The translations under genes and the position numbers were made by a program. Shown one piece after another: positions 8,399-16,451 of a stretch of 19,459 nt of DNA. The stretch comes from Candidatus Heimdallarchaeota archaeon (GTDB lineage Archaea; Asgardarchaeota; Heimdallarchaeia; Heimdallarchaeales; Heimdallarchaeaceae). The stretch is taken from assembly GCA_030668875.1 (NCBI GenBank), contig DAOVER010000055.1, forward strand, positions 1-19,459. The letters are read 5' to 3'. Below the pieces are notes generated by a model. That model was not told the origin of the DNA. It did not search any database and was given only the letters and a program-made list of their open reading frames with translations. Every line of letters starts with the position of its first letter. Within the stretch, counting starts at the first letter, position 1.

Positions 8399-8953
8399 CT
8401 AAAATAAATCCAGAAACCCTAGTGCAAATTTCTCAATTTGATCCCAGTTTCTAAGGTCGGTATAGTCAGATTTAACAGTCAACCCATTAGCTTGATTTCC
8501 TGCTAATTTCATTATTTTCTTCTCTAACCAACTCATTTTAGAGCTCTCTGAAAAATCAATAATTCCTCCAAAAGCGTCATAGTAATCTATAGAAATACCG
8601 AATTCAGTCAATTTATCAGGGATATATTCTTCTTTGACTTTCGCATATTGCTTATCAAGTGCTGCATAAGCTGAACAGACATAGAAGCCAAACGGACCTG
8701 CAAATTTTTGAATTTCCAGTCTCATATTACGAACGAAATTTTTAACATGTCTTGTCCATTGACCGATTTTTATGCTAGAAGCAATGATTATACCATCATA
8801 ATTATCAAAATTGTCAAAGTCAGATTTTTCCTTGAGATCAACTACTTCAGCAAGAACATTATTATCCCTAAAAATTTCTGCTATCTTTATTGCTACACCT
8901 TCTGTAGCACCATACCTTGTACCATAAGCAATCAGAATTTTTTTCTCAGTCAT
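8399..8953 (-). CDS. Flavodoxin-domain protein (HemG / Flavodoxin_5-like)
   Basis: ILIAYGTRYGATEGVA FMN loop, IIIASSIKIGQW, C-terminal DLRNWDQIEKFA. ATG 8953 preferred. Confidence 0.85.
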   Translation of the reverse strand: MTEKKILIAYGTRYGATEGVAIKIAEIFRDNNVLAEVVDLKEKSDFDNFDNYDGIIIASSIKIGQWTRHVKNFVRNMRLEIQKFAGPFGFYVCSAYAALDKQYAKVKEEYIPDKLTEFGISIDYYDAFGGIIDFSESSKMSWLEKKIMKLAGNQANGLTVKSDYTDLRNWDQIEKFALGFLDLF

Positions 8954-9116
8954 TACTATCAATCTCAATAATGTAGTATGAGTTTTTAAATAATATTCAT
9001 TGCCCTTGAATCATTAAAGTAAGGGGGATTTGAGCAGAGTAATTCTTTTTACAAAATCAGTTAGAAAAGAACATATTAGCCTTTGATCTTAAAGAGCTAA
9101 CTTGGATGAGAATTAG

Positions 9117-9134
9117 GAGAGAGAGAGAGAGAGA
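9117..9134. repeat. (GA)9 dinucleotide microsatellite within a purine tract
   Basis: GAGAGAGAGAGAGAGAGA followed by AGGGAGAA, abutting the DUF47 stop codon. Confidence 0.95.
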
Positions 9135-9142
9135 AGGGAGAA

Positions 9143-9814
9143 TTATTTCAGTAATACCAAACTTCTAACCATTTCTGCACAATCTTCAATCAAATCAGAT
9201 GATAGCTCAATGTCTCTTATAGCGTGATCCAAAACGATTAATGCACCTGCAGGCACATCTTTTGTAGAATACGCTAATTCATATTTCAATTGTCTGTAGT
9301 TTTTATCGATTTCTGTTTCTATTTCACTTACTTTCTCAATCTTTTTCACTAGTTCTTCATGTTCAATAGAGAACATCGAATCGAATACCTTTGTAAAACC
9401 TTGAACTTCATCTACCAATAGCTCAAAATTGGACTTGAGAATCCGAATTATACTCTCAGGAAATTCTTGTTTTATTAATAGTAGAAGGTTATTTGTCCCT
9501 TGTTTTATTCTTCCTGCAGACTTATCTGCAAGTCTTATGAAGTTTATAAGATCTGTTCTCACATATTCTGGCATACGACCCTCTGAGAGCATATCAAGAA
9601 TATCTGCTTCAACTATATCAGCTGTCTTTTCTTCTTGATGAATCAAATCGTACATGTTTTGCGCCGCTTCTTCATCTTTATCTGCCCAAAAAGTATAGAA
9701 GTCCCTAGCCTTAGTAATACAGCTGTTAACAAGAATCAGATGTTCTCGAATCTTCTTTAAAACTTTAGATTCTCTCCTTTTGCTCAACCAGTATTTTAGC
9801 TCTTTATTGCTCAT
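9143..9814 (-). CDS. DUF47 / PhoU-like phosphate transport regulator
   Basis: All-helical; EEKTADIVEADI, RTDLINFIRLADK, IETEIDKNYR, SDLIEDCAE acidic repeats. GAGGTG SD precedes ATG 9814. Confidence 0.85.
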   Translation of the reverse strand: MSNKELKYWLSKRRESKVLKKIREHLILVNSCITKARDFYTFWADKDEEAAQNMYDLIHQEEKTADIVEADILDMLSEGRMPEYVRTDLINFIRLADKSAGRIKQGTNNLLLLIKQEFPESIIRILKSNFELLVDEVQGFTKVFDSMFSIEHEELVKKIEKVSEIETEIDKNYRQLKYELAYSTKDVPAGALIVLDHAIRDIELSSDLIEDCAEMVRSLVLLK

Positions 9815-9882
9815 CTTTACACCTCTCATTTCTATTAATTGTAAATTCTCTTTTCTCTAAATAACTAATATCCATTATTTGA

Positions 9883-10980
9883 TTAAATCTCTTTCTCATC
9901 TTTCTCATCCTCTTCAATGGGGAAAACTCTAAAATCACCTTTATCTGTAGCAAACAAAACTTTACTCCCTTCAGTTAAAGGAACATTTTTCCCAATCAAT
10001 TCTTTTGCTTTAATTACTTGATTAAATGCAATTAAATCAACATCATAAAACTCTCCCACACACTTTGTTTTGATAATCTTAGCTTCTATATTATTATCAT
10101 AAGTTATTTTCCCTCTCTCTGAAATAGAATGTATATCTACTAACTCTGCTGGAATGAGAGCAACTGCCTTTGTACCAGATATCAATTCAGTTTCAATCTC
10201 AATCTTGTTATCTTCAGCAATGAGAAAACTCTGGTTATTCTCCTGTAAAATTATTCCCTCTATTTCTGTAGTTTCACCTAAGAAGTTTGCAACATAGATT
10301 GAAACTGGATTATTGTAAACTTCTTCAGGAGTTCCAAATTGGACAATGGCTCCATCTTTAAACACGGCTATCTTATCAGCTACTCTCATAGCTTCTTGCG
10401 TATCATGTGTCGCATGGATACAAGTTAAACTAAGATCTTTCACTAAATTCCTAAGCTCAACTTGAAGTATCTCCCTAATTTTTGCATCTAGGGCACGTAA
10501 TGGATCATCCATCACCAGTAAGTTAGCATTTGAGACAATAGCCCGAGCTAAAGCAACTCTTTGTTTTTGACCACCGCTAATCTCATCAGGGAAATTCATT
10601 TCCTTGCCTGTTATATTAATTAATGAGAACATTTCACGAGCTATTTGTCTAGACTCAGATAGATCAAGATTCTTAACAGTAGGACCAAAAAGAACATTCG
10701 ATTCAACATTCATTCGTGGGAACAAGTTGTACTCTTCAAATACAAAACCAACATTTCTGTCTTCAGAGGGTTCCTTTGTTACATCCTCACCATCAAACAA
10801 AATTCTTCCTTTGGAGGGAGATAAAAGTCCTGCTACAAGGTACATAGTAGTGGTTTTTCCTGACCCAGTTGGTCCTAGTACAGCTAGATATTCACCATCC
10901 TCAATGGAGAGATTGATGTTTTCTACTCCTCTTCTTTTTCCATAATATTTGGTAATATCATCTAGTTCTACTTTTACCAT
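9883..10980 (-). CDS. ABC transporter ATP-binding subunit 2 (CysA/PotA/MalK-like, C-terminal TOBE region); Walker B Glu replaced by Asp
   Basis: GPTGSGKTT, ISGGQKQRVALARA, LLVMDDP, IHATHD. Confidence 0.93.
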   Translation of the reverse strand: MVKVELDDITKYYGKRRGVENINLSIEDGEYLAVLGPTGSGKTTTMYLVAGLLSPSKGRILFDGEDVTKEPSEDRNVGFVFEEYNLFPRMNVESNVLFGPTVKNLDLSESRQIAREMFSLINITGKEMNFPDEISGGQKQRVALARAIVSNANLLVMDDPLRALDAKIREILQVELRNLVKDLSLTCIHATHDTQEAMRVADKIAVFKDGAIVQFGTPEEVYNNPVSIYVANFLGETTEIEGIILQENNQSFLIAEDNKIEIETELISGTKAVALIPAELVDIHSISERGKITYDNNIEAKIIKTKCVGEFYDVDLIAFNQVIKAKELIGKNVPLTEGSKVLFATDKGDFRVFPIEEDEKDEKEI

Positions 10981-10983
10981 AAG

Positions 10984-12090
10984 TTACATCTCCAGTGCTG
11001 AAGCAACACCTTCTTCAGGATATTCAAAACATCTTGTTGAAGAAGGATCAATCACCAACCTCACCTTTTCATTTTCCTTGAAACGAATAGGATGTTTGGC
11101 GTGAATTTTGACTTCTACAATCTGTTGATTTTCAAGTTTAACTCTAACTCTTCTTAATAATCCTAGAAATTGATCTCTCACTACCACTCCTGGTAGGAAG
11201 TTTCCTGTTTTAATTTTATCTTCATATTTGTGTACTTTGAAAAACTCCCTTCGAACCGCTACAACCGCTCTTCTACCTCTTGAAATACCCATGTTTTTGA
11301 CTTTGATAGTTGATTGACCAACTCTTACTTCTGCAAAATCTTCCTTATCATTAAGAACGACAGATTCAAGAAAATCTGATTCACCAACGAAGAAAGATGT
11401 GAAGATATTGTTAGGTGTAAAGATCAAGTCAGATGCTGTTCCCAGTTGTACAAGTTTTCCTTTGTTCATCACAGCTACTTTATCACTAATTGTCAATGCT
11501 TCAGACTGATCATGGGTAACATGGATAGCTGTTAATCCCTCCTTCTTAACTAAGTTTCTAAGGAATACTTGAAATTCTTCTCTTATTTTTTGATCAAGTG
11601 CGCCTAGTGGCTCATCTAGAAGAAGAATTTTTGCTTCTGAAGCGATTACTCTAGCTAATGCTGTTTTTTGCCAGTCTGGTGCTGATAAGGAAGGAGGATA
11701 AAGTTCTGCTTTGTCATCAATTTGAACAGCTTTGAGAGCGTGATCTACTAATGAATCAATTTCACTGTTTTTTCTCCCTCTCACCCTGGGACCATAAGCA
11801 GCATTTTCCCATACAGTTAGATGTGGAAATATCGCAAAATGTTGGAAAACAAATCCAATATTTCTATCTCTTATACTTAAATTTTCAACGGATTTGTTAT
11901 CGAAATAAATATTACCTTGAGTAGGAAGGATAGTACCTGCTAGAAGACGTAAAGTTGTAGTTTTACCACATCCACTCGGACCAATTAAACTTACATACTC
12001 TCCATCTTCTATGATGAAACTAAGATCCTTAACGGCTTCCACTTTTCTACCGAAAATCTTCGTTACACTCTGAAGTCTTATCTCAGGCAT
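10984..12090 (-). CDS. ABC transporter ATP-binding subunit 1 (CysA/PotA/MalK-like, C-terminal TOBE region); degenerate signature motif
   Basis: GPSGCGKTT, LSAPDWQKTALARV, ILLLDEPLGALD, IHVTHD; overlaps the permease stop by 8 nt. Confidence 0.93.
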   Translation of the reverse strand: MPEIRLQSVTKIFGRKVEAVKDLSFIIEDGEYVSLIGPSGCGKTTTLRLLAGTILPTQGNIYFDNKSVENLSIRDRNIGFVFQHFAIFPHLTVWENAAYGPRVRGRKNSEIDSLVDHALKAVQIDDKAELYPPSLSAPDWQKTALARVIASEAKILLLDEPLGALDQKIREEFQVFLRNLVKKEGLTAIHVTHDQSEALTISDKVAVMNKGKLVQLGTASDLIFTPNNIFTSFFVGESDFLESVVLNDKEDFAEVRVGQSTIKVKNMGISRGRRAVVAVRREFFKVHKYEDKIKTGNFLPGVVVRDQFLGLLRRVRVKLENQQIVEVKIHAKHPIRFKENEKVRLVIDPSSTRCFEYPEEGVASALEM

Positions 12091-13813
12091 CTTTCTTCCT
12101 CCTCGTTACTAATCTCAACAATATTAGCATGACAAATGATATGATTATCAGTATCGTTGACGCAAATGCTGCAGCTGGAAACGTTGATGCTTCAAAGAAG
12201 TCAACAAGTAAGACAGGAATAGTTCGTTCTATTCCCATACAAATTATCGTTGCTCCTGTTTCACTCATCGAACGAGTGAATGTCATTATTGCAGCTGCAA
12301 TAAGTCCACTTTTCAAGAAGGGTAAAGTCACCGTTCTGAAAGCTGTAATTTTTGAAGCTCCAAAGGCTGCAGCAGCTTCATCATACATGGTAGAAATGGA
12401 ATCAAAGGACCCTATCAATGGTCTCACGCAATAAGAGTACGTGAAAGAGATATGGGCAATAACTATCATAGCAAAACCAGGTGATAGTATATGTAAACCA
12501 TTAGACCCCCAAAGGAAAAATATACTGAATCCTAATGCTGAGCTTGGTATAACTAACGGTATATCTATCAACCCATCTAGAAATCCTTTGACTTTGTTAT
12601 TTTTCATTTTGGAGATCATTAAGGCCATCGGAGTGGCTATTAACAAGTTTACAATCGTAACTATTAGTGCGATTTCTAATGACGTTACCAGTGCCGTCAT
12701 TATATCGTTGATTTTCTTATCAGGTGCTAGGAATACTTGATAAATCATCCCCGCTTCAAATTCGCCTGAGAAAGGAGACCCTCCCCACCATTGGAATAAG
12801 AAGACTATAACAAACAAAGCGGGAATAAAAACAAAAAGCAAGAAGAGTGCAATGGAAAATGTATTTCTTGTTCTAGTAACCTTCTTTGAGCTTAATTTTC
12901 TTTCAAATCTTGGAAAAACCTTGTTCCATGGAAGTCCTACCCTTCTTGCGAAAAGCCTAACAAAAGTAAGGAGTATTAAACTAATTATAATCAGTATAAA
13001 AGCAAGAAATGCTGTTGTTGGAATTTTTAGTCCTTTCATCCAACTAACTATGACTACAGGAGCTGTTTGATACACTCCACTAACTATTAATGTTGCTCCT
13101 GTTTCACCTAAAGATCTTGTAAAAGCTAAAACTGTTCCCGCCAACAGTCCTTCTTTAACCATAGGCAAAGATATCATTCGTGCAATAGTAAAAGGAGGTG
13201 CCCCCAATGTTTTTCCAGCTTTTTCTAAATTTAAGTCCAAATCTGCGATGATGCCTTTTATTGAACGTGTAACATAAGGAAAAGTGAAAGCAACATGGGC
13301 AAAAATTATGAGTAGTGTACCTTGTGAAGCGAAACCTACTTGAGAGTTGTACAATCTTGAAATACCATTATTTGTTCCCCAAAAAAGATAGACAGAGAAA
13401 CCTAAAGCACTAGTAGGAACAGCCATTGGTAAGTCCACCATTGTGTCGAGAATACTCTTTCCTTTGAATTCGTATCTGGCCAGAATCCAAGCCATAGGAA
13501 CGCCTACAACTATATCAAATACAGTTACAATAGCAGCAATTTCGAATGACAAACCAATAGATCTTAACATAGAAAGAAAAGCTTCATTTCCTAAAATTGG
13601 GTCATTGAAGACAGTTTCATTAATATCACCCCAACTGACAATTATCTGAAAAAGCAAGTAAAGTATAGGCCCTAAGACAATTAGGATAAATATACCAACT
13701 GTCACTGCTTTACCAGCTGAAAGGACGGTATCTTTCGACAACCATTTTTCGGAAGCAAGTAAACTTCTTCTGAATTTGACTTCCAAATCAGGTTTCTCCT
13801 CTCCAGCTGACAT
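12083..13813 (-). CDS. ABC permease with two fused TMDs (CysT/CysW/ModB/WtpB-like)
   Basis: Internal duplication: MAVPTSALG / LVIPSSALG, FAHVAFTFPY / IAHISFTYSY, EKAGKTLGA / DEAAAAFGA (EAA loops), FTRSLGETGAT / FTRSMSETGAT. Confidence 0.92.
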   Translation of the reverse strand: MSAGEEKPDLEVKFRRSLLASEKWLSKDTVLSAGKAVTVGIFILIVLGPILYLLFQIIVSWGDINETVFNDPILGNEAFLSMLRSIGLSFEIAAIVTVFDIVVGVPMAWILARYEFKGKSILDTMVDLPMAVPTSALGFSVYLFWGTNNGISRLYNSQVGFASQGTLLIIFAHVAFTFPYVTRSIKGIIADLDLNLEKAGKTLGAPPFTIARMISLPMVKEGLLAGTVLAFTRSLGETGATLIVSGVYQTAPVVIVSWMKGLKIPTTAFLAFILIIISLILLTFVRLFARRVGLPWNKVFPRFERKLSSKKVTRTRNTFSIALFLLFVFIPALFVIVFLFQWWGGSPFSGEFEAGMIYQVFLAPDKKINDIMTALVTSLEIALIVTIVNLLIATPMALMISKMKNNKVKGFLDGLIDIPLVIPSSALGFSIFFLWGSNGLHILSPGFAMIVIAHISFTYSYCVRPLIGSFDSISTMYDEAAAAFGASKITAFRTVTLPFLKSGLIAAAIMTFTRSMSETGATIICMGIERTIPVLLVDFFEASTFPAAAFASTILIIISFVMLILLRLVTRRKKDA

Positions 13814-15064
13814 TTATTTTCTCCTCCTTCGTTTGTAAATAACTGAAAGGATTACTAGTGATGTAAGCATAATAGGAACCAGTAGAACAGGATCTAACCC
13901 TACTTGCCAGTATTCAGCATCCTCATTCTTCTCTATTGTTGTTGCTCTTGTCTTTAACCACAGATCTGGTATTCTATCCAGAACTTCTCCATCAGTGGGT
14001 ACGTTAAAACGAGGTATAGAAATGTTTAACTGAACACCATTTTCAGGTTTGAATATTTTTTCCATTTCCGCAACTACGTCAGGGTCGTCTTTAATTGTCT
14101 CATTACCAGGACGAAAACCAAATGGAATAGACACCTTTTGTATCTCTTTACTCATTAAGAAGGTTTCAAATTCAGAAGCTGCAAAAGATTCATCTGGAGT
14201 TACCCATGAAGCATTTAAAATAACTATGGGATGGTCACTCCACAGTGTTCCTTCTTCCGGGTAAACTGCGACTATATTATCTCCCCATTTGGCAAAAGCT
14301 TCTCCATCTTTTGCTGTTTCAATAATCAGGTTCTCATATAAAATTATAACATTGATAGCTGACGGTCCTAGCTGAACTGCCTGTTTTGCAAGAAAACCTG
14401 TTGAAGTTCCATAAAGAACTGCTTTAGATTCTACTTTTTCAAGCCAATCTTGTATAACTACATTTTTTAAATCAGCTAATTCAATTTCATCTGGAGATTT
14501 CCCACTTGCACCAGTAATCTCCAGTAAAACAGCCATAAAACCTGAATTTGATTCTTGAGCTGAGGTGTGAGCTAATTTTAAATTATCTTCAGCTAAATCA
14601 TATAAATCAGAAAGTGAGGTGAAGTTGTTTTCATCACGAAAACTCTGCCATGTGGCAAGAACTATTGGTGAAGCTACTAGAGATTTAATTTGGTTTAAGT
14701 CTAAAACTGATCCCCCAAACTTCTTTTCCCACGCCCAATCGAATAATGGTATCCATACATTTGCTGCGGGACTCCATATGGTAGGCTTACTTTCTCCAGA
14801 TAGGATTGATAACATAGATGTTCTCGTACCCTGAACTTCAAACTGGAGTCTAACAGTTTTACCAGGATTCCTTTCAGCAAACCATTCAGGAAAATCGGGA
14901 GCAATAGAGTTTATCCAACCTTTTTTCTCACTCGTGTAAAGAACGTTCAAAACAATTTCATCTTTATCTCCTCTAAATTGAGCTTGACGTATAATATCAA
15001 GAGCAATTAATGATGAGATAAGTAGTACTACGGCAATAATTGTTGGAAGTTTTGATTTCCCCAA
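13814..15064 (-). CDS. Extracellular substrate-binding protein with N- and C-terminal hydrophobic anchors
   Basis: Motifs YTSEK, PTIWSPA, SPIVLATW, SNSG, YGTSTGF, YPEEGTLWSDHP, GFRP; TTG start after AAGGGGA; C-terminal TM helix plus KRRRRK. Confidence 0.88.
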   Translation of the reverse strand: MGKSKLPTIIAVVLLISSLIALDIIRQAQFRGDKDEIVLNVLYTSEKKGWINSIAPDFPEWFAERNPGKTVRLQFEVQGTRTSMLSILSGESKPTIWSPAANVWIPLFDWAWEKKFGGSVLDLNQIKSLVASPIVLATWQSFRDENNFTSLSDLYDLAEDNLKLAHTSAQESNSGFMAVLLEITGASGKSPDEIELADLKNVVIQDWLEKVESKAVLYGTSTGFLAKQAVQLGPSAINVIILYENLIIETAKDGEAFAKWGDNIVAVYPEEGTLWSDHPIVILNASWVTPDESFAASEFETFLMSKEIQKVSIPFGFRPGNETIKDDPDVVAEMEKIFKPENGVQLNISIPRFNVPTDGEVLDRIPDLWLKTRATTIEKNEDAEYWQVGLDPVLLVPIMLTSLVILSVIYKRRRRK

Positions 15065-15102
15065 TTTAATCCCCTTGCATTTATTGTGTATGTTCTATTC
15101 GA

Positions 15103-15131
15103 AGTAAGTTCTACTAGGTTACTAATAAAAA
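15103..15131 (-). promoter_or_regulatory. Candidate TATA box and imperfect palindrome upstream of the ABC operon
   Basis: Minus strand reads TTTTTATT-AGTAACCTAGTAGAACTTACT, resembling the 8327-8353 promoter layout. Confidence 0.4.
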
Positions 15132-15267
15132 CTCCTCTGCATCCTTGAACTTCAGTCACAAATTATCTTTTAAAATATTGTGCACTCCATTGTTCAGAGG
15201 GGATTAGTTTAACCCCAATAAGTATTTAAGAGAACTTAACGATTGTTTTCTTTGATACAGTGATTCC

Positions 15268-15736
15268 ATGAAAGCTATCCTAACTTCAGTTTACGACAGA
15301 CAAACAAATCCATTGTACTGTAGACTCTTTAGTCGAGGTCTATCAATCCACATAAAAATTGGCAGTCAGCAAATTTTGATGGATTTTGGAATGATTGGTT
15401 CAGTTTTAGTAAGAAATATGAAAAAGCTGGAAATTGATCCTAATAAGATTACAAAAGCCCTTTTATCACACGGACATGCAGATCATATTTGGGGATTGAA
15501 GTCTTTTCTTAATCTAAGGAATAATTCAAGAAAACTTCCATTATATCTTCATGATGTCTATTTCAAGAGAAAAACTTGTAAGAATTGTTGATTTTTTGAA
15601 GGAGAAATACAGTGAAACTGAATTCTATCTTAATCACACGATTAGTAGATTAGCATGGGTTACCTTAAGAAAAAAACTTGGTGAGGAAAAAATTCATCAT
15701 TTTAAAATGGGGAAAAAAATTATTTTTGATTGTTAA
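15268..15736 (+). pseudogene. MBL-fold metallo-hydrolase (methanopterin-synthesis-like MBL family) with an internal deletion and frame change
   Basis: N-terminal part RGLSIHI..ILMDFG..NMKKLEIDP..LLSHGHADHIWGL; C-terminal-like part (REKLVRIVDFLKEK..LNH..LGEEK..FKMGKKI) in another frame; the central region expected for the family is absent. Confidence 0.7.
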
Positions 15737-15765
15737 AAAAAATAAAAATTGGGAGGAAAAGAATC

Positions 15766-16437
15766 CTAGTTGCCAACCTCTGCCAAAATTGCTGGTATTA
15801 ATTGTCTAAAATTCTCATTCTCATGAAGTCCCGCATTGGGATCATTAGCACCTATAACATTTAGAATCGCAATATCTGCTCCATTAAAATATGCTCTCCT
15901 TACATCGTCTGATCTCAAACCACCAGCTACAGCCATTAGAGCTTCATATTTTGAACGTATTTTTGCAATATCCTTGTAACGAATAATATTGCTTTTGTTT
16001 GTTTCCTCATCTCGTCCCTTATGAATCACAACAACATCTGGTTTATGTTTCATTGGAAGCATTTTTCGTAGAGGATTTTCAACACCTAGCATATCAATCA
16101 TTGAAAACATCCCATGTTTAGCACAGAATTGAATGAAGAAATCTAATGTTTCTACAGGAGCAGAGCCCATAACAGTTGCAGCGTTAGCTCCCGCAGCTGC
16201 GGAGAATATAACTTCTGGAGCAGCACCATCTGTCACCTTAATATCAGCAACAACCAAACCTCTCCAGTAACGTCTAATTAGATGAACACCTGCCATTCCT
16301 GTTCGTTTTATGTAGGGTGTTCCTGCTTCAATAATTATCCTTGAATCCTGAGGTATCTGAGGGAGTATTCTTCTAACTTGTCGAGCAGTGCCATTGAAAG
16401 CAATTTGAACATACCTATTGTGGGTTGTTAAACTCAA
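15766..16437 (-). CDS. 3-hexulose-6-phosphate synthase-like protein (OMPDC/HUMPS fold), divergent
   Basis: IIEAGTPYIK, VADIKVTDG, IDMLGVENP, PDVVVIHKGRDEE, VAGGL; resembles the Hps domain of archaeal Fae-Hps. TTG start with AGGTGA SD at 16444-16449. Confidence 0.8.
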   Translation of the reverse strand: MSLTTHNRYVQIAFNGTARQVRRILPQIPQDSRIIIEAGTPYIKRTGMAGVHLIRRYWRGLVVADIKVTDGAAPEVIFSAAAGANAATVMGSAPVETLDFFIQFCAKHGMFSMIDMLGVENPLRKMLPMKHKPDVVVIHKGRDEETNKSNIIRYKDIAKIRSKYEALMAVAGGLRSDDVRRAYFNGADIAILNVIGANDPNAGLHENENFRQLIPAILAEVGN

Positions 16438-16451
16438 ATGCCTTCACCTAA

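Noticed and set aside
8708-14904. Short ORFs inside the flavodoxin, DUF47 and ABC genes (8708, 9429, 10604, 12129, 12441, 12852, 13443, 14049, 14619, 14701)
   Set aside because: All overlap motif-supported genes on the opposite strand or in another frame.
15198-15216. GGGG...CCCC mini-hairpin in the divergent intergenic region
   Set aside because: Stem too short to support a terminator or RNA call.
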